The position numbers and the translations under genes were made by a program. The notes below the pieces were generated by a model that was not told the DNA's origin, did not search any database, and saw only the letters and a program-made list of their open reading frames with translations. Below are positions 41,676 to 51,200 of a stretch of 64,000 nucleotides of DNA, one piece after another. Position 1 is the stretch's first letter, and each line of letters opens with the position of its first letter. The DNA is from a virus (taxonomy: Duplodnaviria; Heunggongvirae; Uroviricota; Caudoviricetes; Herelleviridae), in the IMG/VR virus record IMGVR_UViG_2706796241_000001, one strand, 5' to 3'.

Positions 41676-42728
41676 TTATATCAGTTCTACAATAACCTCT
41701 CCTGCACGAATTATCTCTTCGTCCCTAACAGCCATGTTCCCTTCCATGTTGTTAATTTTACAGTCATAGATTAAAACATCGTCAATATTCATTATAACCT
41801 GAATTAGGTCAGCTAAAATTAATGGTTGTGAAACAACTTGACTATTTAAGTAGTTTCTTATTGTAAGCTCCACTCTTTCTTCTAATTTACTATTTATTCT
41901 CGATTTGTCACTTATAGTAACAGTTGCACTCACTTGTACATTGGATTTTATTACAGGGAATACATCCAGTTTAATGCCTGCAGGTCTGTAGTCCTCAATA
42001 GCTACTTTTATTTTATCTAGTGTTTCTTGTTTTAAATCACCGTTTAAATCATGTGCGTATATTCTAACGTAGCCTACTTCTTCTTTGATATAAACTCCTG
42101 CAACTTCCTCTACTTGACGTGTACCGTAATCTAAGGCTTTTATCGTTGCTCTACCACGTGATTCCACAAATGCATGAAATCTTTTTTTAACGGACTCTAT
42201 ACTTTCCTCATCAGTACCTGTTAAAAAATCAAACTCATTATACACGGTTTTTAAGTTTGATATATTGTTAATTACCCGATTGATTCTTCCTTTAGGAATG
42301 TTCCCTTTTGTACCTACAGTTGTACAATAAACTTCTACCTTTGCTGTTATAACACCTTCTGGAATTATGTAGTCTTGCATCGTTTGAAATGTTAACGTGC
42401 TAGGGGCACCAGACAAGCTAGAGTCGAATGTTGTTCCTGTTGGCACATACACAGGGGTCTGAGTAACCGTATGGAACTCTAGTGTTACCATACCATATGC
42501 TCTTTTTGCTTCTCTTTTCCTAAAGTCAAAAGCATTTAGGACTCCTTGTTCAATTCCCCATAAAATATTCTCTCTACCTAAAATATAGTACTGTTCTAAC
42601 TCCATAGAAACAGCTTCATAAATAGAACGAATAGTAGAACCAACTGAAAAATCGTTTATCTCATGTGTGTTTATCATAGTTACATCAATTAGTCTACCTA
42701 GTATCTCTGAAATTTTCTTTAGTCTCAT
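41676..42728 (-). CDS. baseplate J-like protein
   Basis: GTKGNIPKG, GTDEES, YRPAGI. Confidence 0.88.
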   Translation of the reverse strand: MRLKKISEILGRLIDVTMINTHEINDFSVGSTIRSIYEAVSMELEQYYILGRENILWGIEQGVLNAFDFRKREAKRAYGMVTLEFHTVTQTPVYVPTGTTFDSSLSGAPSTLTFQTMQDYIIPEGVITAKVEVYCTTVGTKGNIPKGRINRVINNISNLKTVYNEFDFLTGTDEESIESVKKRFHAFVESRGRATIKALDYGTRQVEEVAGVYIKEEVGYVRIYAHDLNGDLKQETLDKIKVAIEDYRPAGIKLDVFPVIKSNVQVSATVTISDKSRINSKLEERVELTIRNYLNSQVVSQPLILADLIQVIMNIDDVLIYDCKINNMEGNMAVRDEEIIRAGEVIVELI

Positions 42729-42743
42729 TAAACCTTATCCTTT

Positions 42744-43448
42744 CTATACAATAATTAGAGCCCCCGAGTTATCGTTTTGAACAACAAACTCAAATTGCTC
42801 TCTAGTAGACTGTAAGGTTGCTCTATAGTTACCAACATATCGGTCTTCTTCAATATAATGGTTCACTAGAACACATTCCGCTACTCGTGTATCTTTAAGT
42901 ACTGTATCACATACTTCTATACTAATTATTTTCATTTGTTCAATTGTTGTTTTACCGAACATTAAGTGCAAGTCACTACCATATTCTGGATGCAACATAA
43001 GAGACCCCTTAGCTGTCATCAATCTTGATATAGTGGCTTGCTTAATATTGTCTGCCCCACTAGCTATCTTCAAGTCCCCATGCCCATTATGTGTTATTGC
43101 AAACACTTCGTCACTTGTTCCATGATTCTCATAGTAATCTGTATCACTTGTCATATCCAAATCTTTACCTAAAGCTAAGCCTAATAAGAAATCCATATCT
43201 CTTTGGTTTAATGAGCTTGTGTTAATGTCCAATAAGTTACCTTCATCAGGTATAAAAAGGGTGTCTCCGAGTGTAGCTAGATGTTCTAAGTTGCTCATTT
43301 TTTCTTGCATAGTGTCTACTATGTAAGGGTAAACTAAGTCGTTGTACTCCGCAATTTTTACCCAATTATCTACAGAGCCTGTTTCTTTTTGTGCTATGGA
43401 TTGCATTGTATCTCCATATACAATTAAATGCTTTTTATATCGTGCCAT
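42744..43448 (-). CDS. baseplate wedge subunit (LysM-like N-terminus, gp25-like C-terminus)
   Basis: GDTMQSIA...W..IAEYN; RLMTAKGSLMLHPEYGS. Confidence 0.85.
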   Translation of the reverse strand: MARYKKHLIVYGDTMQSIAQKETGSVDNWVKIAEYNDLVYPYIVDTMQEKMSNLEHLATLGDTLFIPDEGNLLDINTSSLNQRDMDFLLGLALGKDLDMTSDTDYYENHGTSDEVFAITHNGHGDLKIASGADNIKQATISRLMTAKGSLMLHPEYGSDLHLMFGKTTIEQMKIISIEVCDTVLKDTRVAECVLVNHYIEEDRYVGNYRATLQSTREQFEFVVQNDNSGALIIV

Positions 43449-43971
43449 TTACTGGTAAACCTCCTTGTATTAAAGGAACTTGCTCCTGAATATATCCTAG
43501 AGCGACATCCATAGATTGTAAGTCCATCACTATGTCTGTATAGTCTTTTGCTCCCCCTAAACAGTCAATTAAGTATTTAACATTTTCTCTAGTCTGCTTT
43601 ACATCTGATTCGTTAATCATTTTAAACATCTCTGGTTCTTCTTCGATAGCATATATAAGAGCAAAGGATTCTAATACTACAATTTGTGCTAGTTCGTAAA
43701 TACGTGGAGATGAAAGCTTAAGCCCACTTTTTAAAAATTTGTAGGTTAAGGAGTCTTTAGACAAAGCCTTATTTGTTTCCCCTATATCGTTATCTCTAAC
43801 AATATCTAATAGTGTACTAGATATTTTATTAACTCGTGTATGAGGGGTGTAGAACCTTGATATAAAGTTTGGTTGGTCGTCAATAACATTGGCTACAACT
43901 TCACCGCTAATATCGACATTTAAATATCTAAAAAATCTTAGCAAATCTGCGGATTGTTCTACTTTTTCCAT
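43435..43971 (-). CDS. virion structural protein, function unknown
   Basis: 178-aa ORF in the baseplate module. Confidence 0.7.
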   Translation of the reverse strand: MEKVEQSADLLRFFRYLNVDISGEVVANVIDDQPNFISRFYTPHTRVNKISSTLLDIVRDNDIGETNKALSKDSLTYKFLKSGLKLSSPRIYELAQIVVLESFALIYAIEEEPEMFKMINESDVKQTRENVKYLIDCLGGAKDYTDIVMDLQSMDVALGYIQEQVPLIQGGLPVNGTI

Positions 43972-43974
43972 GAG

Positions 43975-44663
43975 TTACCCTCCATATCCGATTATTTTTT
44001 TAACTCATTTACACCATAGTTATAGGCTCCTGATGTTACTGCAGGATTTACTGCTGTATTTGGCATAACACTTCTCCTATATTCATCATGAAGGATTTGA
44101 GCAGGTGTTCTAGTGTCCTGTTGTGCATTGTATGCCCGTCCAATGCTAGGACTTACATTACCTATTTGAGGGCTTACTTGAGCTCTCTCAGAGGGCTGTC
44201 CTGCCTCTCTTAACACGACTAAACTTAAGGTGTAATTAAATAATAATGGCTGTTCTGCAGAACGTTCAATGGATAGCCCTTCTGGTGCTAAATGAACAAC
44301 AAAATATTTATCGTCTGTGAAATTATAAAATTTCATCTCTACACTAGACCTATTCCCATTACCGCCCTGTTTTGCGTAATTATCTATTATTTCTTCTAAT
44401 TCTTTCAGTCTGTCCGCTCCATTTTTGCCTCTGCTGTCTACCCTGAATCCTGTTGTACCAGAAAATTGGATAGTTTCTATATCTTTACCAAAGTCTTCTG
44501 TTATAATGTTTGATTTAGTTTTAAATATAGTAACACGATGTGGCTTATTATATTTATATTGAGTTGGATTTACTTGAAATCGATACCAACCTTTATTCGG
44601 GTCGTTACCTACTTGAATCGCAATACGTTTTAATGTACCGCCCATACCATCTGATTGTCCCAT
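43975..44663 (-). CDS. baseplate hub / tail-tube-initiator-like protein (apparent terminal frameshift at 43995-44001)
   Basis: FQVNP, FSGTTG, PLLFNYTLSL motifs; restored end KKIIGYGG. Confidence 0.7.
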
Positions 44664-44706
44664 AGTAACCGCTCCTTTCGTTCCTTAATATAGTACAATA
44701 TAGTAT

Positions 44707-44734
44707 AAAAAAGAGGGTAGCACAAACTACCCTC
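44707..44734 (-). terminator. intrinsic terminator
   Basis: GAGGGTAG/CTACCCTC stem plus T-run. Confidence 0.75.
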
Positions 44735-44799
44735 ATTTATATTAGTTTAAATTAGTAGCCCTATGATTAAACCTATTGTTACTCCAATTACTAAATTAA

Positions 44800-44946
44800 C
44801 TATCCTTGTTTTTCGTTCTTTTTTGCCATCTCTTCCACGATTTTCTCCACATCTTCTCTAATTAGTGCCGGAACCTTCTCTAAAGGGTAGTTCTCAGGGT
44901 CTTTGATTACATAAGATGCATATAACATTGATAAGTATGGGTACAT
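44800..44946 (-). CDS. 48-aa small tail-module protein (CD1375/XkdX-like); not in ORF track
   Basis: MYPYLSMLYASYVIKDPENYPLEKVPALIREDVEKIVEEMAKKNEKQG with AGGAGGTG RBS. Confidence 0.75.
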   Translation of the reverse strand: MYPYLSMLYASYVIKDPENYPLEKVPALIREDVEKIVEEMAKKNEKQG

Positions 44947-44962
44947 AGAAATATCACCTCCT

Positions 44963-45703
44963 TTAATTAATAGTAGCTTGCTTGTTCATTTCCGAGAACA
45001 TGTTTATTGCATCCATTAAGGCTAACTCATTAAATTCTACTTTTTGTCTTAATTCTTTATTTTCTTTAATTAAACTATCTATACTTTGCTCGTCTTGAGG
45101 TTCATTATTCTCTTGCTCTGGTAGCAACTCATCAGGTACAGAACTCCAAGAAATTTCTTTGGCTTCTTCTACAGACTTAGCATTTTCAATCATAGGAAGC
45201 AATTTATTATTTAATTTATTTTCCCTAGACTCAACTACTTTTTTAATATATCTAGTCATAGTAGTATACTGGGACTTATCAAATTTAAGTATCGATTGAG
45301 AACCATCTGATGTAGCATAAGCAGTTACCCCAACATAATCTTGAATTTTATTGTCTAGTAGAGTTATTTTATTAATAAACTCATCATCGCTAATAACATC
45401 AAATAAGTAGGTAGTGTCTGATATTGTATAAGGAACTTTTTGCAATATGTAGGTCTCTTCACAGTCCCTTTTAAACTTACTGGCTACTGCTAGTAGTTCT
45501 ACTTTTAATAATTTTTCTTCACTTAGGACTAGCTCTCCACCTACATACTGAAAACAATTTGAATAGTAATGTGAAAAGAATGGAGAATCCATTGGCAAAT
45601 CTACTTCATAGACAGGTTCATCACTATTGAGTGACGTCCCCCAGTTACTAACAAAATTTTTATCATCTAGTGTTACAAATATTTTTTGAGTTTCTTCTAC
45701 CAT
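44963..45703 (-). CDS. putative tail fibre assembly/chaperone protein
   Basis: Follows the fibre genes; AKSVEEAKEISW and a C-terminal coiled coil. Confidence 0.55.
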   Translation of the reverse strand: MVEETQKIFVTLDDKNFVSNWGTSLNSDEPVYEVDLPMDSPFFSHYYSNCFQYVGGELVLSEEKLLKVELLAVASKFKRDCEETYILQKVPYTISDTTYLFDVISDDEFINKITLLDNKIQDYVGVTAYATSDGSQSILKFDKSQYTTMTRYIKKVVESRENKLNNKLLPMIENAKSVEEAKEISWSSVPDELLPEQENNEPQDEQSIDSLIKENKELRQKVEFNELALMDAINMFSEMNKQATIN

Positions 45704-48108
45704 TCTGATACCTCCCTTATGGCAATGCCACTGTTAACTCCTATACCATTGCCAGCATGTCCACCTATACGACCGTCAGTTATATACATATATTTAAATG
45801 TTATCGTAGTTCCATGACCTATCATAGCCCTAAATCCTCTTGTATTAAACTGGTTTAACACAGACTTGTGGATGTATACCTGATTTATATCCCAAGGTTG
45901 CCCTGCACCTGACTCATATGCGGAGAAGGTTAAAACCCACCCGTTTCGGCATTCTGTCAGTTTTTTACTAGGTAAAATTTCTTGTATATCGTTTAAATAG
46001 ACAACCCCTTTCCAAAGCTGTTTAGTAGGAAACGTCATCGTACCAGTGTCAGAAACTTCAAATATAGGGTTAGAGTCATTGTTAACATAGAATCCATTGT
46101 CCCTCATATAAAAGTAATCATAGTCATCCCAAGTCAATGAATTTCTTGATTTACCTGATTTAATAAAGTGGAGCCCTTCACCTCCGTTATTTGATGTATC
46201 TGTCGAGAACCATATGCCATTGACTGCTGATATATCACTGTTGTTTAAGGATATTCCTACTAAACCTTTCTCCTGCCACTTATCTCTTTCTATCTCTAAT
46301 AAGCCTCTTAGCTCATTATTGTTATTGTCAACAAAGGCATTACCTAAAAACAGACTTCGATTATCGGCATCAATAAACATGATAGGGTTACCCGGTTTAA
46401 CAGTAGCTGTTCTAGTAAACGTACTAAACTTATCAGTTACACTCAACCTAACTTCGTATGTATTGGTATTATCTAATTCTATTGGTGTATTTTTTACTGT
46501 TACCATACTGCCATTAGCTGTAAAATTTAAAGCAGTTTCTGCTCCATAAGTACCAACACCCGCTACTTTTGTTGCATAGGTCACTGATTGGATAGCATTT
46601 TTATTTACACCACCTATAGTGATAGGAGACCATGTACTATTAACATTAATATCTGTAGTTGTCTCAAAGTTATTTCTACGTGTGACTGTAAAGTACATAT
46701 TTGGGTTTTCGTAGGGGTAAATGTCTACATGCTTTGTCCAGTTAGACTTAAACCCACGACTGTCAGTTACTGTGACTATTAAGGTGTCTGATGTATGGTT
46801 AGCGGGAGCCCCTAACTCTACAACTGTTTCTGCATTTGAATAGTTGACTGTTTTTGATGTACCGCCTAAAGACACATCAATTGTTTTCAAAGTAGAGTAA
46901 CCGTTAGCCGTTGCAAAGTTAGCAGGGATAGTCACTTTGATATTAGACTTACCTTGAAGGGCTACCTGATTGTTACCTGTAAGCCCGACAGAGACACTAC
47001 TTGTATCTTCATAAGTAGGGGTACCATTAATGCTTGGTACATACTTGTTTTTAGGTATAGTTATATCTATTCTCTGACCTGTCCATGGAGTCCTGTATTG
47101 TACTCCACTATACTTACTTGTTACAGTTACGTGACCCCACGAGGAATCCGCATTTGGTATTTTCTTCAATATATTGTCTACATCTGTTTGAGTTAGTGTA
47201 TACGACATTGTGTTCCCTGCTGAATTTGTAGCAATGGGTATGTTGAGCCCACTAATGTTAAATACCCCATCATAAGTAAAGTTTGCATCAGACCGATAGT
47301 TACTTAGTGATACATTGATTTTCTCTCCCACATTTAAGGTTATCTTACCTCCCGATGCTTGTGCATTCATTGGGGGGACAATCTTGTATGTTCTCTCCTG
47401 ACTAACTACATCATCTAACCCTATAGTCCATAGTTTAACCTTGCCTTGCCAACTAGTCCTATTGTTTAATGCAGTAAAAATAGTTTTGTTATTTGCTACT
47501 GTAAAACTAAATGACCCACTAGTGTCTACATTATTAAGATTTGTCAAGTACGTCCAATGGGCATCATTACTTAATGTGGGGTTATCTCTGTTAGCCACCC
47601 AAGCAGTTAGATTATGTTTGAATGTGGAGCTCTGCCTATTTATTGTTATTGGTAAGTTCCCCGGTAAATTTAATGTAGGGACAGGGTTTAATGAACTTCT
47701 TCTAGGTATTCTATTCAGGTCTACTGAAAAGTTAGGTATAGTTATCGTACCGTAATATGTTGGTACACCATTATCAGTAAAAGTAACGTTTACAAAGTAG
47801 CTACCCCCAATAGTTATTCTTTTAGAACCGTCATTATTATGGTTAACTCTCCACTCTTTAGCTAGTAATAGTTTCTTTTGGAAAGCATTTAACATAGAGG
47901 AAGCTTTTTCTGTCTGTGTAGTTCCTTCTACGGTAACTTTGGCATCACCAATAGCGGGAGCATCAAGTCTCCCCCATTTATCCATAGATTGTAGATATAG
48001 CCATACGCTGATTGTTGAGTAGTTCCCTGCAATGTTTTGATTTGCGCGCCACTCTAAAACTAATCTATGTCGGGCAAAGGCTGTATACTTTGTTCCGTTT
48101 AAAGCCAT
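45697..48108 (-). CDS. tail fibre / minor structural protein (DUF859-like)
   Basis: QNIAGNYSTI, IPRRS, YEVRLSVTDKF; beta-rich. Confidence 0.7.
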   Translation of the reverse strand: MALNGTKYTAFARHRLVLEWRANQNIAGNYSTISVWLYLQSMDKWGRLDAPAIGDAKVTVEGTTQTEKASSMLNAFQKKLLLAKEWRVNHNNDGSKRITIGGSYFVNVTFTDNGVPTYYGTITIPNFSVDLNRIPRRSSLNPVPTLNLPGNLPITINRQSSTFKHNLTAWVANRDNPTLSNDAHWTYLTNLNNVDTSGSFSFTVANNKTIFTALNNRTSWQGKVKLWTIGLDDVVSQERTYKIVPPMNAQASGGKITLNVGEKINVSLSNYRSDANFTYDGVFNISGLNIPIATNSAGNTMSYTLTQTDVDNILKKIPNADSSWGHVTVTSKYSGVQYRTPWTGQRIDITIPKNKYVPSINGTPTYEDTSSVSVGLTGNNQVALQGKSNIKVTIPANFATANGYSTLKTIDVSLGGTSKTVNYSNAETVVELGAPANHTSDTLIVTVTDSRGFKSNWTKHVDIYPYENPNMYFTVTRRNNFETTTDINVNSTWSPITIGGVNKNAIQSVTYATKVAGVGTYGAETALNFTANGSMVTVKNTPIELDNTNTYEVRLSVTDKFSTFTRTATVKPGNPIMFIDADNRSLFLGNAFVDNNNNELRGLLEIERDKWQEKGLVGISLNNSDISAVNGIWFSTDTSNNGGEGLHFIKSGKSRNSLTWDDYDYFYMRDNGFYVNNDSNPIFEVSDTGTMTFPTKQLWKGVVYLNDIQEILPSKKLTECRNGWVLTFSAYESGAGQPWDINQVYIHKSVLNQFNTRGFRAMIGHGTTITFKYMYITDGRIGGHAGNGIGVNSGIAIREVSEW

Positions 48109-48156
48109 ATAGTCTCATCGTCCTTTCGTGTCCTTCTCTATATAGTATAACACAAA

Positions 48157-48196
48157 TTAACCGAAAACAACTTGTAAGTGAGGTTTTCGGTTAAAA
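48157..48196 (-). terminator. hairpin, probable terminator
   Basis: TTAACCGAAAAC/GTTTTCGGTTAA 12-bp stem. Confidence 0.6.
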
Positions 48197-48207
48197 AGTT
48201 GAATTAT

Positions 48208-51200
48208 TTATTCAAATGATGGCACAAATGCCCAACCTCTAATTCTTTTTGTATCCGTTACTGTGTTCATAGCGAATACAGATACTGGTTCCATAGTTAT
48301 ACGTTTTTCAGCCTTTAGCATTTTAACTTCTGTTACCTGTCCATTTAAAGTGAAAATACGTTCTATGTTACCATCAATACGAGAGTATCCTGAAAACTCT
48401 TGGGGAGTAATCATTGTATACCCATCTGTTTGATTGTTTTTAACGGTTACCCCATTAATATCAATCTTAACATTCGTATTGTATATCTCACTTGGATATG
48501 GTTGCCATTTAAGAGGTATACTCCCGATATTATACATAATACCTGATATAATAACAGATGCCTCTTGCCCATTTTCTACAAACATTTCTATTTTAGTAGA
48601 GGTACTTGTGGGAGTGAACACAAGCTTGTATTGTTGGAACCCTAGTGGTATTGGCTGTGTTGCATCTTCTATGCCTAATGTATAAGTTAGAGTACCTCCA
48701 TCATAAACCCGAATACCGCATTTAAAGTCAGCTACAGGGTTATCTGTAGTTACCTTCATATAAAAAGATAGTGAATACTCAAGGTTAGCACCTATTTCAG
48801 GTAGTTCTACAGATTGTGTTAATGAAGAGCTAGGTCTTTTAGAACTAATAAATCCGGAACCAAACCCGAGGTTGGCTAATTCTTCTGTTTGAATAGTCTC
48901 AACAATATCACCAGTAAACGCCCCGTCTTCCTTGTTAGGTACCCAAGTAGTGGCTTGTGTCCCTTTCTCTATTTTTAGCTCTCTCCAAAAAGACCTGTGT
49001 TCCCACGATTCTATTATGGTTTTCGGTAAAATATCTAAGTAGCCACTAGTACCTATTGTAAATGTTTTTGTAAAACGTCTCCAAACAGTCAAGTCAGTAG
49101 TGCTTCCGTTAGCCATTACTGCCCAACCTTCTATTGAGTACTCCATCCATTGGTCTGTGTCCTTATCAGGGTAGTTTCTTACAACAAGGATAGGTCTGTC
49201 CTTGTTGTAAGATAATGCTTCTTCTTTATAGTCGAAGCTTACTGTGTACGTTTCACCCGAGTTAACTTTTAATGGGTGAGGTCTGTTACCTATTTCTTTA
49301 GTAGAAGAGCGAAGTGGCATTGAGGCTAATATGTTACTCGTAGGCTTGTCATCTTCTGGTGGTAATATTTCAAAACTAGTGATTGAAGTACCACCCCATC
49401 TACCAAAACCTAAATTCCAAGTAGAGTTAGGTAGTAAGTTCTTCCCTACTGTACCATTCCAGAAGTCTAACCCAGAGAATCCTAAAGAGTTTTTAAGCAT
49501 GTTAACCCCTCCGGCTTGTTGAACAGAGAAGTTAAAGCTGTCTTTAAGCTGTTGTAGTTCGGAGTTAGTCACATAAGGAGTAAAATCAATACCATTTATG
49601 CCTTCTTTGATTAGCCGGTTATAGTCCTCTTTTATTGAGTCTAAGTCTTCATAGGTAGCCAAGTTACCTAGGTCAGAAGTGTTAGCTTTTGTATCGAACA
49701 CACTAGTGAAATCCTCAGAACCTAGTACAGTATTTATAATGCTATCAGAAGATATTCTTTGCTCTGCCTGTGACACCCAGTCGGCTAAGCTTGTGCCATC
49801 TTCACCCCAAGGCAAATCTTTAACCTCTTCTGGTGTTAATGCAACCCACCCAGTTTCTGAATCTACCCAACGCTTAGGTTGGTTGGGGACTTTTGACAAG
49901 TCTACCCATATAAGTCCTTGCGATGGGTTAGCAGGGGCTGTTGGAGAGTAAATCCATGCGCCTTCCTTACCATTAATCTGACCTTCTATATGTTCATCAG
50001 TTAGCCTCCATGTATAATCTGGATAGTTATCACTATCTTTCATAGAGGTACCTACATACATGTAAGTTTTTCCTTCAACCTTTTCTCTTGTAAAATCAAG
50101 ACCCTGTAAATCGTTAGCCCAAGCAGTGTATGTTTTGATATTCTGAACAACATTGTTTATGTCCTCTTGAATATCTATATCAGACTTTTTCCAAGGAGTT
50201 GGGATGATACCCACTTCTAGTTGAACATTACCAAATCGAAACTCTTTAACATTAGTGTCGGCTGACTCAATACGTATTAACACACCTTTTGTTAAGCCTG
50301 TTACTTTTCTTTGAGCCACAACACGTTTCAAACCATCACTTACTTGTATAGGTGTACTGTTAGAACCTACCCAGTTATCCCCTTCTAAAGTGTAGATAGC
50401 TAACCTAGCGGAGCCACCACCTATTACCTGCACATTCGCAGAAGCTGTTAGCCACTGACCTTCTTTTATTTCTTTCATACGATAATCAGCTAAACCGCCA
50501 CCAGCAATTTCTTTATCAGAAGTACCTACAGTATAATCGAAAGGTTGGGTCGTTGCATCACCTTTTACAGCTACCATGCTGTCAATGAACTCTGTGGTTG
50601 ACGAACCTAATGTGTAGTAACCAACGTTTTTAATCATCAATCTAGGCAACATATTGTCTCCGGAAGAGAACCCTACATAGTTGTACCCACCAATATTTTG
50701 TAAATTATCATTGATAGTATCTGCAGTTTCTTGTGCCTTGTCTGCTACATTTTTTGCTACGTCAGATATTCTGTTTAGTAAAGTAGTTCTTTTGTCATAG
50801 TAATTGTTAAACGTATTTCTTAAAGTAGAACCAACTACTACAGAAGTTGTTGTCATGTCAGCTAGTATTGGTTTTAAGTACTCGTCTAGTGCGTTATACG
50901 CTGTTGTATACTGTTGAGAAGACACCCCAAATTTAGTTGCTTGGTCTAAGTTTATTGGATACTCTGTTTTAATCTGTTCCCATTGTAAGAGTATTTGTTT
51001 TTTCTCATTCGGTGCTAACATATTGTCATTTGACATATCAGCTATTGCGTTATTTGCATTTTCAGCATCATTTTTAGCATTTTCAGCATCTTGTTGAGCT
51101 TTCTTGGCTTGTTCTTCTACTTTTTTAATGTATTCCTCTAAAGCAGTTTGGTCACCTTTTATGTCTTCCCATGAAGGGCTGTAATCAGTAGCCTTTGTAC